64,000 bases of DNA from an uncultured Gemmatimonadota bacterium. Lineage in GTDB: Bacteria > JAAXHH01. Below the pieces are notes generated by a model that saw only the letters and a program-made list of their open reading frames with translations, was not told where the DNA came from and ran no database searches. Within the stretch, counting starts at the first letter, position 1; each line of letters starts with the position of its first letter. The position numbers and the translations under genes were made by a program. The DNA lies in contig OX638340.1 in assembly GCA_951812955.1 (NCBI GenBank), positions 320,001 to 384,000 of the forward strand. The letters run 5' to 3'. Shown in pieces: positions 37,915 through 47,414 of this stretch.

Positions 37915-39426
37915 GTGGTCGCCAAAATAAACCTCGGGACGTACGTCGGATACGGACTGGACCGAATGGGCAGTCCCGTACATGCCCTGCCTGTCGACCT
38001 CTTCAGGATACTGGCGGGACTGTTGAGTTGCGCCTATTTCGCAGCGGCCTTCGGCGAAGTAAACGACATAAGCGGACCCGGTGGTCTGGTCGATCATCGA
38101 CTCTCGCTGGAGCTGTTTCCCTACACGAAATGGAGCCTGCTTCAGGGTGAAGTTCCCACCGTTCTGCTCCGGGCCGTCTTTGCGGGAGCCATCCTGGTTT
38201 CCGGCATACTCGCGGCTGGATATCGGCCAACGCTTTGTGCGGCGGTGCTGTATATACTGGCGGTATCGGCCTATCGACTGAATTTCCTGGTACTCTACGT
38301 CGATGATGCCGTATTTCACTGGATGCTCCTGTGGCTGATCCTTTTGCCCACGGGGAGCACGTTGACGTGGAAGGACGTCCGGTGCGACGGCAAGGCGGCC
38401 ATGGATCGCTGGCGCAGCCGGACCGTGCCGGGACTGGCCGTACGATGTTTCCTGGTCAATCTGGCCCTGCTTTATGCCTTTTCAGGTCTTTGGAAACTGA
38501 CCAGTCCCATGTGGTTGGAAGGGACGGCCCTGTACGTCATCCTGAAACTGCCCATTGCATGGTTTCCTGATCTGTGGGATGCCGGATCACTGCCGTGGAT
38601 GAAGATCGCCGGCTATGCGGCGTTGGCGTCGGAACCCCTGTTCGTTTTGCTGCTGTTTCTCAAGCCGGGACGACCGGCCAGGTGGATGATCATTGCCCTG
38701 CTGATCGCCTTTCACGCGGGTATAGTCGCGACCCTGAAGATCCCCTTCGCCAACGTCGCCTGCCTGGCGGGGGTAGTACTCTGGTGCCGCCACGAAATCA
38801 TGAACGCGATGGGGAGGAAGACCGTCCCGGAAGGAAGGGGAAAGGTTACCTGGCGCGGCGCGGCGGCCGTGGTGGTCACGGGCATGCTGGGTTTGCAGGC
38901 CGTCCTGGATTTCGCAAAGCCGCAGTGGCGTTACGACGACTGGGAAGTGGGCAGGCCCGTCCCGGCGCAGCAGAAATGGCTGGACGGTCTTCACCTTGCC
39001 GTGTACGGTGCGCTGTGGGCGGGTGGACTGGCGCAGAGCTACCGCCTGCTCGACTGGGTCGACAGCCGCAACTATACGCTTGATTACCGGGTAAGGGAAA
39101 GACGGCCCGAAGGACCTTGGAACGAAGTAGAACCGGAAACCCTCTTTCCCTCTTCCATGCGGGGAATCCTGCTTCAATCCTATCTGCATGGCGTGGTCTG
39201 GCGCAAGTTTCCCCCGGTGAAGGAAGCCGAATTGCGGGCGGGGTTGCGGCAGCGCTTCGCCGCTCGCTATTGCAGAGGGCGGCCAGGCACCGATCTGGTG
39301 GTAGACGTGGAAGTACGGATCGACCGTGTGCTTCCTGACACGCCGCGGCCGGAAAGCGGTGTTTACACTCCCCTCATGCGTTTTGCCTGCGGGAAAGGCG
39401 GGGCGCAACTTCTGGAGATCGAGTAA
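37915..39426 (+). CDS. polytopic membrane protein with C-terminal soluble domain (HTTM-like / SdpB-like, tentative)
   Basis: About 280-aa N-terminal region with about 7 TM helices, resembling HTTM-domain proteins, then an about 200-aa Arg/Trp-rich soluble domain. Its stop overlaps the start of the downstream AsnB-like gene (TAATG). The ORF-track start is GTG at 37915. Alternative ATG at 37966. Confidence 0.6.
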   Translation: MVAKINLGTYVGYGLDRMGSPVHALPVDLFRILAGLLSCAYFAAAFGEVNDISGPGGLVDHRLSLELFPYTKWSLLQGEVPTVLLRAVFAGAILVSGILAAGYRPTLCAAVLYILAVSAYRLNFLVLYVDDAVFHWMLLWLILLPTGSTLTWKDVRCDGKAAMDRWRSRTVPGLAVRCFLVNLALLYAFSGLWKLTSPMWLEGTALYVILKLPIAWFPDLWDAGSLPWMKIAGYAALASEPLFVLLLFLKPGRPARWMIIALLIAFHAGIVATLKIPFANVACLAGVVLWCRHEIMNAMGRKTVPEGRGKVTWRGAAAVVVTGMLGLQAVLDFAKPQWRYDDWEVGRPVPAQQKWLDGLHLAVYGALWAGGLAQSYRLLDWVDSRNYTLDYRVRERRPEGPWNEVEPETLFPSSMRGILLQSYLHGVVWRKFPPVKEAELRAGLRQRFAARYCRGRPGTDLVVDVEVRIDRVLPDTPRPESGVYTPLMRFACGKGGAQLLEIE

Positions 39427-41324
39427 TGTGCGGCCTGGCAGCCATCATGAGCCGGGGCGGCGCCTGGTCTCGAGCGGCGCTCGAGCGCGCCACGGATACG
39501 CTCCGGCATCGCGGTCCGGACGGCAGGGGGACCTGGGCCGGACCGGGAGGAAACATCGGCCTGGGACACACCAGGCTGAGTGTGGTCGGCCTGGATAACG
39601 GCGCCCAGCCCATCGCCAGCGAAGATAGCCGGCTTCACCTGGCGGCCAACGGCGAATTCTACGATTTCGAGTCGATCAGGCGGGATCTCGAAAGCCGGGG
39701 TCATGTATTCTCCACGAGATCCGACAGCGAAATCGCCCTCCATCTCTACGAAGAGTCGGGCCGTGCCTGTGTCGAAGATCTCCGCGGCGAGTTCGCTTTC
39801 GTCCTGTGGGATGAGGACCTGCAGATGTTGTGGGCGGTCCGCGACCGATTCGGCATCAAGCCGCTTTACTATGCGGAGGAGGGCGGGGTGCTGTACCTGG
39901 CCTCGGAAGTGAAGGCGCTGCTGGCCGCAGGATTGCCTTCGGCCTGGGACGAGGAGACGGTCTTCCAGCAGATGTTCGCCTGCTTCGACGCGAACCGGAC
40001 GCTCTTCAAAGGTGTCCGGCAGGTACCGCCCGGGCACGGCCTGATCGCCCGGAAAGGAGAGCTCCGCCTTGAGCGGTACTGGGATGTCACGTATCCGCGA
40101 GGGGCGTCCGGAAGTGAGTGGGAGCCAGCGGCTTGTGCCGACGAAGTCCGCCATCTCCTCCACGAGTCGGTCCGCCTCCGAATGCGTGCCGACGTTCCCG
40201 TGGGTTGTCTCCTGAGCGGGGGAATGGACTCTTCGGCATTACTCGGGATCGCCGCCCGGGGCGCGTCTACCCCTAAAGCCTTCACCATCGCCTTCGATCA
40301 CGCCGACTACGACGAAGAACCCGTTGCCCGCCGCACGGCCCGCCATGTGGGGGCCGACTACGAGGTCGTGCAGGCAACCCAGGCGGACTGCGCCGACTAT
40401 TTCGCAGACGCGGTGTGGCACGCCGAGGCGATCCAGGCCAACGCGCACGGAGTGGCCCGGTTCGTACTGAGCCGCGCGGTGCGCCAAGCTGGATTCAAGA
40501 CCGTTCTGGCGGGTGAAGGCGCAGACGAACTCTTCGCCGGCTACGAATTCTGCAGGCCCGCTTTGCATCGGGGCCCGCGTCGCCCTTTCATCGACCTGTT
40601 TCGAATCGCCCGAGCGGTGATCGGCGCACACAGCCCCGCGGAAAGAAAGGTGGCTCTGGTCTCGCCCTGGCTGGTACGGGTAAGCCGCGTACTAGGCCTG
40701 TCGAAGGAGGTCATGGAAGCACTTGCCGGACAGCAGGGCGTCCTGCGCAGTCTGCTGGCGGCGGATTTCCATGAAAGACATAGAGGCCGCGATCCCTACA
40801 GAGTCTTCTTCGACCAGTTCGATTATCGTACGCAACTGGCCGGCCGCGAACCGGTGAAGCAGGTGCTCTACCTGTGGCTGAAATCCCTCTTCCCGGGCTA
40901 CAACCTGGCTGCCGAGCGTGTAGACATGGCCCACGGAGTGGAAGTCCGTCTCCCGTACCTGGACCACCGCCTGTTCGAATACGGCAGCAGGATCCCGGCC
41001 GCGCTTTTGTTCCGGGATGGACAGGAAAAACATCCGCTGCGCGAAGCGGCCCGGCCGTACCTGACGGACGAAGTGTACGCGGGTCCGAAGAAACCGTTTC
41101 TCGCGCCTCCCGCGACGGCCCGGGTGGGAAATAGGCTTTACGAGATGTGCCAGGATACCCTGCGAGGTCCGGGTATGCGGGATCTGCCCTTCTTCGATCC
41201 GGCGTCCGTTGCCCTTCTGCTTGACGGACTGCCGCGCATGGAAGACAGGGCGCGGGCCACGCTGGATCCGTTGATCATGGCCCTGACCTCCCTTTGCGTG
41301 ATCCAGGAGCGATACGGTATGTGA
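39426..41324 (+). CDS. asparagine synthetase B (glutamine-hydrolysing) family amidotransferase
   Basis: N-terminal Ntn glutaminase with Cys2 (MCGLAAI). PP-loop ATP pyrophosphatase motif SGGMDSS. About 630 aa. Context (PhyH + membrane protein) suggests a tailoring role rather than housekeeping AsnB. Confidence 0.88.
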   Translation: MCGLAAIMSRGGAWSRAALERATDTLRHRGPDGRGTWAGPGGNIGLGHTRLSVVGLDNGAQPIASEDSRLHLAANGEFYDFESIRRDLESRGHVFSTRSDSEIALHLYEESGRACVEDLRGEFAFVLWDEDLQMLWAVRDRFGIKPLYYAEEGGVLYLASEVKALLAAGLPSAWDEETVFQQMFACFDANRTLFKGVRQVPPGHGLIARKGELRLERYWDVTYPRGASGSEWEPAACADEVRHLLHESVRLRMRADVPVGCLLSGGMDSSALLGIAARGASTPKAFTIAFDHADYDEEPVARRTARHVGADYEVVQATQADCADYFADAVWHAEAIQANAHGVARFVLSRAVRQAGFKTVLAGEGADELFAGYEFCRPALHRGPRRPFIDLFRIARAVIGAHSPAERKVALVSPWLVRVSRVLGLSKEVMEALAGQQGVLRSLLAADFHERHRGRDPYRVFFDQFDYRTQLAGREPVKQVLYLWLKSLFPGYNLAAERVDMAHGVEVRLPYLDHRLFEYGSRIPAALLFRDGQEKHPLREAARPYLTDEVYAGPKKPFLAPPATARVGNRLYEMCQDTLRGPGMRDLPFFDPASVALLLDGLPRMEDRARATLDPLIMALTSLCVIQERYGM

Positions 41325-41545
41325 CCGAGCCGGAAGTCTTTTGCCGGCCTCGGCCTGTGGGGATCGACCGCCGAATCCGCGCCGAATCCCGTCTTTCCCG
41401 CGCGCGCTCGTAACGATCGGGAGGCGCGGGTGTCGGAATCCCTTGACCCGGTGGCGTGTCCCGTTACTTTCATTATCCTTAAAAGATTGAACCAAAACTT
41501 CCAAGCAGCAACCATCCCGAACTCTTGAAAGAAGCCGACTCGTAT

Positions 41546-43312
41546 ATGAACAGGGATAAAACAGACCGTCAGTCAAGTGTCCGCTACGAAGCGAACGAGC
41601 GTCCACCGCTCCTCTTGGCCATCGGGCTCGGCCTGCAGATCGCCCTGCTCACGATCGGAGGTGTGGTCCTGACCGTAGCCATCGTGGGCCGGGCCGGCGG
41701 CGCGACCGAGAGCTACCTGACCTGGGGTGTTTTCGCTGCCGCGGCAATTAGCGGAACGACTACCATCATACAGGCGCTGCGTATCGGGCGCCTGGGAGCA
41801 GGCTACGTCCTCATGATGGGAACTTCCGGCAGCTTTATCGCGATCTGCATTTCGGCACTCGCGCAGGGCGGTCCGGCACTGATGGCGACGCTCATCATCA
41901 TTTCTTCGCTATTCCAGTTTTTATTGTCAGCCCGTCTCTCCCTGCTCCGGAGAATACTGACGCCAGCGGTTTCAGGTACGGTCATCATGCTGATATCGGT
42001 CACGGTGATGCCCATAGCGTTCAACATGCTGGGAGCGGTCGACGAAGGGATGTCGACTTCAGCCGCACCGGTCACGGCAATGGCCACCGTGCTGGTTACC
42101 ATCGGAATCGCGTTGAAGGCGAGATCATCCGTGCGCCTCTGGGCGCCCGTGATCGGCGTGGCCGCGGGATCCATGGTGGGGGGTTACTTCGGCCTGTATG
42201 ACACGGACCGCGTGCTGGCTGCTTCGTGGGTCGGACTTCCGGAAGGCTACTGGCCGGGAATTGATATCTCTTTTGGTCCGGCGTTCTGGGCACTGCTGCC
42301 CGCCTTCATGTTCGTAACGCTGGTCGGCGCAGTTGAAACGATTGGTGATTCGGTCGCGATCCAGCGCGTATCATGGCGCCGGCCGCAGGCAGTGGATTAC
42401 CGGGCCGTGCAGGGCGCGGTGGCTGCGGACGGGCTGGGTAATCTCCTATCCGGCCTGATGGGCACGGTACCCAATACGACTTATTCCACGAGTATCGCGG
42501 TGACCGAGTTGACCGGTGTGGCATCCCGCATGGTGGGTGCGGTCGTGGGGATGGCATTCATCCTGGTCGCGTTTATGCCCAAGTTTCTGGCGGTAGTCCT
42601 CGCCATTCCCGATCCCGTTGCCGGAGGATTCCTGCTGGTCTTGCTTTCCATGCTCTTCGTCATAGGTATGAAGCTGGTCGTGCAGGATGGCATCGACTTC
42701 AGGAAGGGACTTGTAGTGGGTGTAGGGTTCTGGATCGGCGTGGGGTTTCAGAATGACGCGATATTTCCCGCGATGCTCTCCGACTTCGCAGGTGGACTGC
42801 TGCGGAACGGAATGACCGCAGGCGGATTGGCGGCAATTTTGATGACCCTCTTCCTGGAGTTGACTTCACCCCGCCGTCATCGCATGGAGACCGACTTCGA
42901 TCTGGCGGCGCTTACGAAGATACGGGCGTTTTTGGAAGCTTTCGCCTCAAGGCAGGGATGGGATCGTGAAACGGCGGACCGGCTCATAGCTGCCAGCGAA
43001 GAAACACTGTTGACACTGATTCCACAGGATGACGAAACCAGTCAGCGGCGGCGGTTGCTTATGGTCGCTCACCGCGAAGGCGAATGCGCGATCCTCGAAC
43101 TTGTCGCGGCGACCGGAGAGGGAAACCTGCAGGACAGGATCGAGCTGCTTGGCGACGAAAGAGCGGTGGAAACACCCGAGGAAATGGAAGTTTCGCTGCG
43201 TCTCTTGAGGCACTTTGCTTCGTCGGTACACCACCAGCAGTACCACGACACCGACATCATCACCCTTCAGGTGGACGTCCCTAAATCCACCCAAGCGACC
43301 GAAGCGGATTAA
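41546..43312 (+). CDS. NCS2 (nucleobase:cation symporter-2 / xanthine-uracil permease) family transporter with about 170-aa C-terminal cytoplasmic extension
   Basis: NAT signature region PNTTYSTSIAVTELTGVASR (compare QNNGVIQLTGVASR of XanQ), with about 13-14 TM segments. An extra C-terminal soluble domain (residues about 420-588) has no assignable motif. The ORF-track start is TTG at 41525; the ATG at 41546 is used. Confidence 0.8.
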   Translation: MNRDKTDRQSSVRYEANERPPLLLAIGLGLQIALLTIGGVVLTVAIVGRAGGATESYLTWGVFAAAAISGTTTIIQALRIGRLGAGYVLMMGTSGSFIAICISALAQGGPALMATLIIISSLFQFLLSARLSLLRRILTPAVSGTVIMLISVTVMPIAFNMLGAVDEGMSTSAAPVTAMATVLVTIGIALKARSSVRLWAPVIGVAAGSMVGGYFGLYDTDRVLAASWVGLPEGYWPGIDISFGPAFWALLPAFMFVTLVGAVETIGDSVAIQRVSWRRPQAVDYRAVQGAVAADGLGNLLSGLMGTVPNTTYSTSIAVTELTGVASRMVGAVVGMAFILVAFMPKFLAVVLAIPDPVAGGFLLVLLSMLFVIGMKLVVQDGIDFRKGLVVGVGFWIGVGFQNDAIFPAMLSDFAGGLLRNGMTAGGLAAILMTLFLELTSPRRHRMETDFDLAALTKIRAFLEAFASRQGWDRETADRLIAASEETLLTLIPQDDETSQRRRLLMVAHREGECAILELVAATGEGNLQDRIELLGDERAVETPEEMEVSLRLLRHFASSVHHQQYHDTDIITLQVDVPKSTQATEAD

Positions 43313-43408
43313 GCTCCCGCCTGCCCCGGCTGCCTACCTGGCCAGATTCTCCGCGCCTTACGACCTAAGCCGATTAAGCTCCCGCCTGCCCCGACTGCCT
43401 ACCTGGCC
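43307..43408. repeat. 37-bp imperfect direct repeat x2 (period 65 bp) plus partial third copy
   Basis: GATTAAGCTCCCGCCTGCCCCG(G/A)CTGCCTACCTGGCC at 43307-43343 and 43372-43408, with a degenerate partial copy at about 43411-43426. Copy 1 overlaps the NCS2 stop codon. It sits in the convergent intergenic region. Confidence 0.7.
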
Positions 43409-43418
43409 GGACGGCTGC

Positions 43419-44201
43419 CTAGCCAGCTGGAGACTCCGCTCCTTCTCCTGCCACGATTACTTCGGGTCTGAAGGACTTGAACGGACTGTTTTTCGAAGAT
43501 CTGCAGTGCGTGGAAGCGTAATGGTACTGCAGCGCCCTGCGGCGCCGATCGCTTTTGTTCGGCGGCGTGTAGTGGTAGGTTTCTCCGTGAAATACGAGGG
43601 CGTCGCCGGCCTTCATGTTGCAGGCGATCGCGTTGTTCTGCGCAGGTGCCGATGACAATCCGTAATCGTCTGCCACGCCACCGTGTTCCCCGATGCCTTC
43701 TCGGTGCGAACCGGGTATGACATGCATGCATCCGTTTTCGACATCGGTATCGTCGAGAGCGATCCAGAACCCGAAGACGTCGTTGGGCTCCAATCGGAAA
43801 TATGCGTTGTCCTGGTGCCAGACTTTCTGACCGCCGAACCGGGGCGGCTTCATCAAAAGCATGCTTTGAAACAGGGCGACATCCTGGCCAATCAGTTCGA
43901 CGGCGATACCCACCATGACGGGATGGTGGGCCAGGGACCGGAACAACTCGTTGTGCAAGGTCATCCTGAAGAGCTTCCTCACGCCGAGTTCCACGCTTTC
44001 TGGCTCTACCGACCCCCGTCGGACGGCGGGTTCGATCTGCACCAGTTCCTCCGGTACGTCCGGGTACCGGTCCACGATCGCGGTGATCTCCCGCTGTATG
44101 GACTTGACTTCGTCGGCTGAAAGAAACTCCTCCGCGACGAAGTACCCGTCTCGTTCAAATGCGGCTTTATGTGTTTCTGACAACACCGTCCCTGTAGTCA
44201 T
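43419..44201 (-). CDS. phytanoyl-CoA dioxygenase (PhyH) family oxygenase
   Basis: PhyH pattern (FERDGYFVAEEFL, WHQDNAYF, HxD...H). Third PhyH paralogue in 11 kb. Confidence 0.85.
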   Translation of the reverse strand: MTTGTVLSETHKAAFERDGYFVAEEFLSADEVKSIQREITAIVDRYPDVPEELVQIEPAVRRGSVEPESVELGVRKLFRMTLHNELFRSLAHHPVMVGIAVELIGQDVALFQSMLLMKPPRFGGQKVWHQDNAYFRLEPNDVFGFWIALDDTDVENGCMHVIPGSHREGIGEHGGVADDYGLSSAPAQNNAIACNMKAGDALVFHGETYHYTPPNKSDRRRRALQYHYASTHCRSSKNSPFKSFRPEVIVAGEGAESPAG

Positions 44202-44204
44202 CTC

Positions 44205-45218
44205 TCAGTCCTTCCAGTTGAATACGACCCCCATCATGTTCTTCTCCCGCCGGAATATCATCTCGTAGGCTTCGTTGATGCGGGTAAAGTGCATTCTATG
44301 GGTTACCAGGCGTTTCGGTTCCAGTTTGCCGCCGCGCATGAGGTCCAGCGTGTAGCGGCACATGTTCGTCCATCCCCTCCGGTCGCCCCGTTCCGATGGG
44401 TACAGGTAACCGGTCCGCCCGTTTATGGCAATCAGGGAGATCCCCTTGAAATAGAACCATTCCATGTCCAGCGGGTTGAAATCCAGCGGCGGCTCGCCCC
44501 GTCCCGGCAGGGCCACGATCCCTACCCGCCCGTTGTCGCGCACGATCTGGCACGAAGCGCGAAGGGCGGGCCATGGGTTGGCTGTGAGAATGACCAGGTC
44601 GATCCCCTCGCCACCGGTGAAGTCGTCCAGCTTCTCGTCGAGATCGGGATCGTTGTACAGGAAGGTCGCGTCCGCTCCCATGCGCTTGGCCATTTCCATG
44701 CGGACCGGGCTGTTCGCGATGCCGATCGTGCGGGCGCCGAGGCAGGGCCCGAGTCCTACGGCGCCGAGTCCGAGAACGCCGAGGCCGACAACGGCCACGT
44801 TCTCGCCAGGCTGGAACTGCGACTTGTAATAGCACTGGGCGCTCAATGTGTACAGGTGGCCGTATACGGCGTCCTCGTCATGCACGCCGTCAGGTACCTT
44901 CACGAGTACCTCGTCGTCCCTTGCGATGAACTCGGACTGGTGGGGGTAACGGGATATCACCCGGTCGCCCACGGCGAAATCCGTCACCGCCTCTCCCACG
45001 CCCCGGATGACGCCCAGATTGCTGTCTCCCACCCATCGCGGAAAATCGGGTGCGCCCGGGACCTGCTCCGCGCCCTCATAGTTTCCCCGGTCCGTACCGA
45101 TCTTGAGGGCGGAAATCACCGTTTCGACCCATAGTTCGTGGGGTCCCAGGTTATCCGTGTCCAGCGGATGTTCTTCGATACGAAGATCCCGCGGACCATG
45201 CAGCACGGCGATTTTCAT
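44205..45218 (-). CDS. MDR-family (zinc-binding-dehydrogenase-like) oxidoreductase lacking the canonical catalytic-zinc Cys
   Basis: GroES-like N-domain and Rossmann VVGLGVLGLGAVGL. The catalytic Cys position reads ALKIGTD. Start at MKIAVLHG (45218), with GGAG SD; the ORF-track start is 45275. Confidence 0.78.
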   Translation of the reverse strand: MKIAVLHGPRDLRIEEHPLDTDNLGPHELWVETVISALKIGTDRGNYEGAEQVPGAPDFPRWVGDSNLGVIRGVGEAVTDFAVGDRVISRYPHQSEFIARDDEVLVKVPDGVHDEDAVYGHLYTLSAQCYYKSQFQPGENVAVVGLGVLGLGAVGLGPCLGARTIGIANSPVRMEMAKRMGADATFLYNDPDLDEKLDDFTGGEGIDLVILTANPWPALRASCQIVRDNGRVGIVALPGRGEPPLDFNPLDMEWFYFKGISLIAINGRTGYLYPSERGDRRGWTNMCRYTLDLMRGGKLEPKRLVTHRMHFTRINEAYEMIFRREKNMMGVVFNWKD

Positions 45219-45316
45219 GGATTCGGCTCCGGTTTTTTCGTGCGTGTGAGTTCTATCTTCTTCTTGTCCGATCAATTCCGATCAGGTCCTGCGTTTCACA
45301 AAAGTACCGGACCGCG

Positions 45317-46534
45317 TCAGGCCGACAGGGCGGAAAGGCAGCGGTCGTAGACTTCGAACCGCTCGCCTTCGGTTTCCTCCGGGTCTACCATCTTAAGCCA
45401 CATAGCACTGCCGGGCTTTGCCGAGCTGTAGGAACGATGGCTTCCGATGACGGAGGGATCCTCGCCGTGCCAGGCGATCTCTCCCTCCTGCATGTAGATG
45501 AATTTCCCCCGGTACCGGTCCACGATGTCCTTTCTGTGGTCGCGGTAGAACAGGCCCTGCTCGCAGGCCGTGCGCCTCAGGGTATGAATCAGTTCGGGCG
45601 CTTCGTCGATGTCCGAGTCGAAGTGCGCAACCGGCGCCTGAACGTCGCTTACGAAGTCGATTTCATCCAGGTCAACCGTACCGAAACCCCTCTGCGCGGC
45701 CACCAGCAGGTGATTGCGGTCGCGGCGGAAGGGCGGTGAGGGCCAGTCGGATGCGGGGTCGTGGCCCATCAGGAAAGCGCCGCAGGCGTCGGTGGCCGTG
45801 ATCTGGTCTCCCGCGATCAGCACGTCGCCAACGCGGCCTTCGCCACCCCATTCCCTGCCCTTCTGCCCCACGAGCCCATCGATGATATTCAGGCAGGGAT
45901 CCGTAATCATCGCGAGGTCGGGGAGGACGTAGGAAAGCCTTATGGCGTGGTGGAAGTAGGTGCGTACCCGTCCCTCCGGGCGAACGATGGGTGGTAGCCC
46001 GAAGAGGTTCTTCATGCAGAGCGTGATGCCCATGAAAAGGTGATTCTTCATCTTCGCCACGGAGATCACCTCGTCCGCGTCCTCGAACACGCCGCTCAGG
46101 ACATACCGGTCGAACATGTTTCCGCCACCGGGCACCTCGTATACAGCCCAGGGCGGACGGTTGGAATCATCGTACCTCACGTTGAACTCGCGGAGGTGAT
46201 GGACGTAATTGAACTCGTCCGGCGTGAGTTTATCCGTGGCGTAGGGATTGGTGTCCGTCGCGTAGATTTCCGCATCGGTATGTTCCCGAAGCAACTGAAG
46301 CACGGCCCTGCAGACCGCGTCGTCCACCAGTTCCTGTCGGCGGCCCTTGAACCGGACGACGCTGTCCATGGGCTTCATCATGTTGAACTTGATGACGATC
46401 TTCCTGGCCTTTTCTATGCGCGCCCAGGACTCCTTTAGCGGTTCGGTGATGCGTCTCAGCGTCTCGTAGACGCCCTGATAGTCCGTCTGATGGTCGCAGG
46501 ACGTTGCACGAACGGAGTATTGCTTTACCGGCAT
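45317..46534 (-). CDS. DUF362 domain protein with C-terminal extension
   Basis: DUF362 signature region AKMKNHLFMGITLCMKNLFG and N-terminal IVIKFNMMKP. About 405 aa. GGAG SD. Confidence 0.7.
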   Translation of the reverse strand: MPVKQYSVRATSCDHQTDYQGVYETLRRITEPLKESWARIEKARKIVIKFNMMKPMDSVVRFKGRRQELVDDAVCRAVLQLLREHTDAEIYATDTNPYATDKLTPDEFNYVHHLREFNVRYDDSNRPPWAVYEVPGGGNMFDRYVLSGVFEDADEVISVAKMKNHLFMGITLCMKNLFGLPPIVRPEGRVRTYFHHAIRLSYVLPDLAMITDPCLNIIDGLVGQKGREWGGEGRVGDVLIAGDQITATDACGAFLMGHDPASDWPSPPFRRDRNHLLVAAQRGFGTVDLDEIDFVSDVQAPVAHFDSDIDEAPELIHTLRRTACEQGLFYRDHRKDIVDRYRGKFIYMQEGEIAWHGEDPSVIGSHRSYSSAKPGSAMWLKMVDPEETEGERFEVYDRCLSALSA

Positions 46535-46826
46535 GTCGAGGTCTCCGGAATGACAGTGAAGGCAAAGGAACAGGGAACCTGATGCAATATATAACCGGCG
46601 GCATCAGCCACAAGTGTAAACACCGGGCCGATCCGTGCGCCGAAACAACCGCAGCGGTCGAATTCGAATGTGTCGGTTATTTTGGTTGTCTAATTTCAAT
46701 TGAAAGGTCATATTGAACGACCCCTTTATCCTGTGATTCCCTTTCGGCGAATCCGATACGCTACCGGCAACGCGCCGCAACCGCGGTAAAACGACGGGCC
46801 TGGCCGAGTGCCGAGGCACCAGGAAA

Positions 46827-47414
46827 GTGAATGCGGACTTGAACGTTCTTCGGAAATTCATACGGTTCGTGGACGCGCTCAACGAACGTGTCGGCACGAT
46901 CGTTTCCTGGTTCACGACCTTGCTCGTGTTAACAGTCTGTCTCGACGTTTTTACCCGGTATTTCCTGCGCAGCAGCAGCGTGGCGGTGCAGGAACTGGAG
47001 TGGCATTTCTTCGCGGTGATCTTCCTGCTTGCCTCGGCCTGGGCCCTCAAGCACAACAAGCACGTCCGCGTAGACGTGCTTTACATGAATTTCACGCCCA
47101 GAAACCAGGCCCTCGTCAACCTGATCGGCAGCTTGCTGTTTCTGCTTCCCTTCGCGGTAATCGCCATCTGGAGTTCCCAGAATTTCGTCCTGAATTCCTT
47201 CCGGATAGGGGAGGTTTCACCCGATCCAGGGGGACTGCCTGCCCGCTATATACTGAAAGCCATGATCCCCATAGGATTTTCGCTGATACTCCTGCAGGGG
47301 CTGGCCATGGCGGCACGTTCCTTCGACCGGTTCATTCACGACGGAGAAGACCCCATGGGCGAAAGCGATGAATCTCCCCCTAAGGGCCTTTCAGCCAGGG
47401 AGGACACGGTTTGA
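46827..47414 (+). CDS. dctQ: TRAP transporter small permease subunit
   Basis: Four-TM DctQ-type membrane protein, about 195 aa, directly upstream of and overlapping dctM by 4 nt. GTG start. Confidence 0.8.
   Translation: MNADLNVLRKFIRFVDALNERVGTIVSWFTTLLVLTVCLDVFTRYFLRSSSVAVQELEWHFFAVIFLLASAWALKHNKHVRVDVLYMNFTPRNQALVNLIGSLLFLLPFAVIAIWSSQNFVLNSFRIGEVSPDPGGLPARYILKAMIPIGFSLILLQGLAMAARSFDRFIHDGEDPMGESDESPPKGLSAREDTV

Noticed and set aside
41325-41545. Possible purine riboswitch upstream of the NCS2 permease
   Set aside because: No conserved purine-riboswitch junction sequences or three-way architecture is recognisable. It is only a short imperfect hairpin after the asnB-like stop.
43307-43430. 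Possible mini-CRISPR array (37-bp repeats)
   Set aside because: There are only two full copies plus a decayed third. The 28-bp spacer is shorter than the repeat, the repeat has no palindromic core, and there are no cas genes. It is treated as a local direct repeat.
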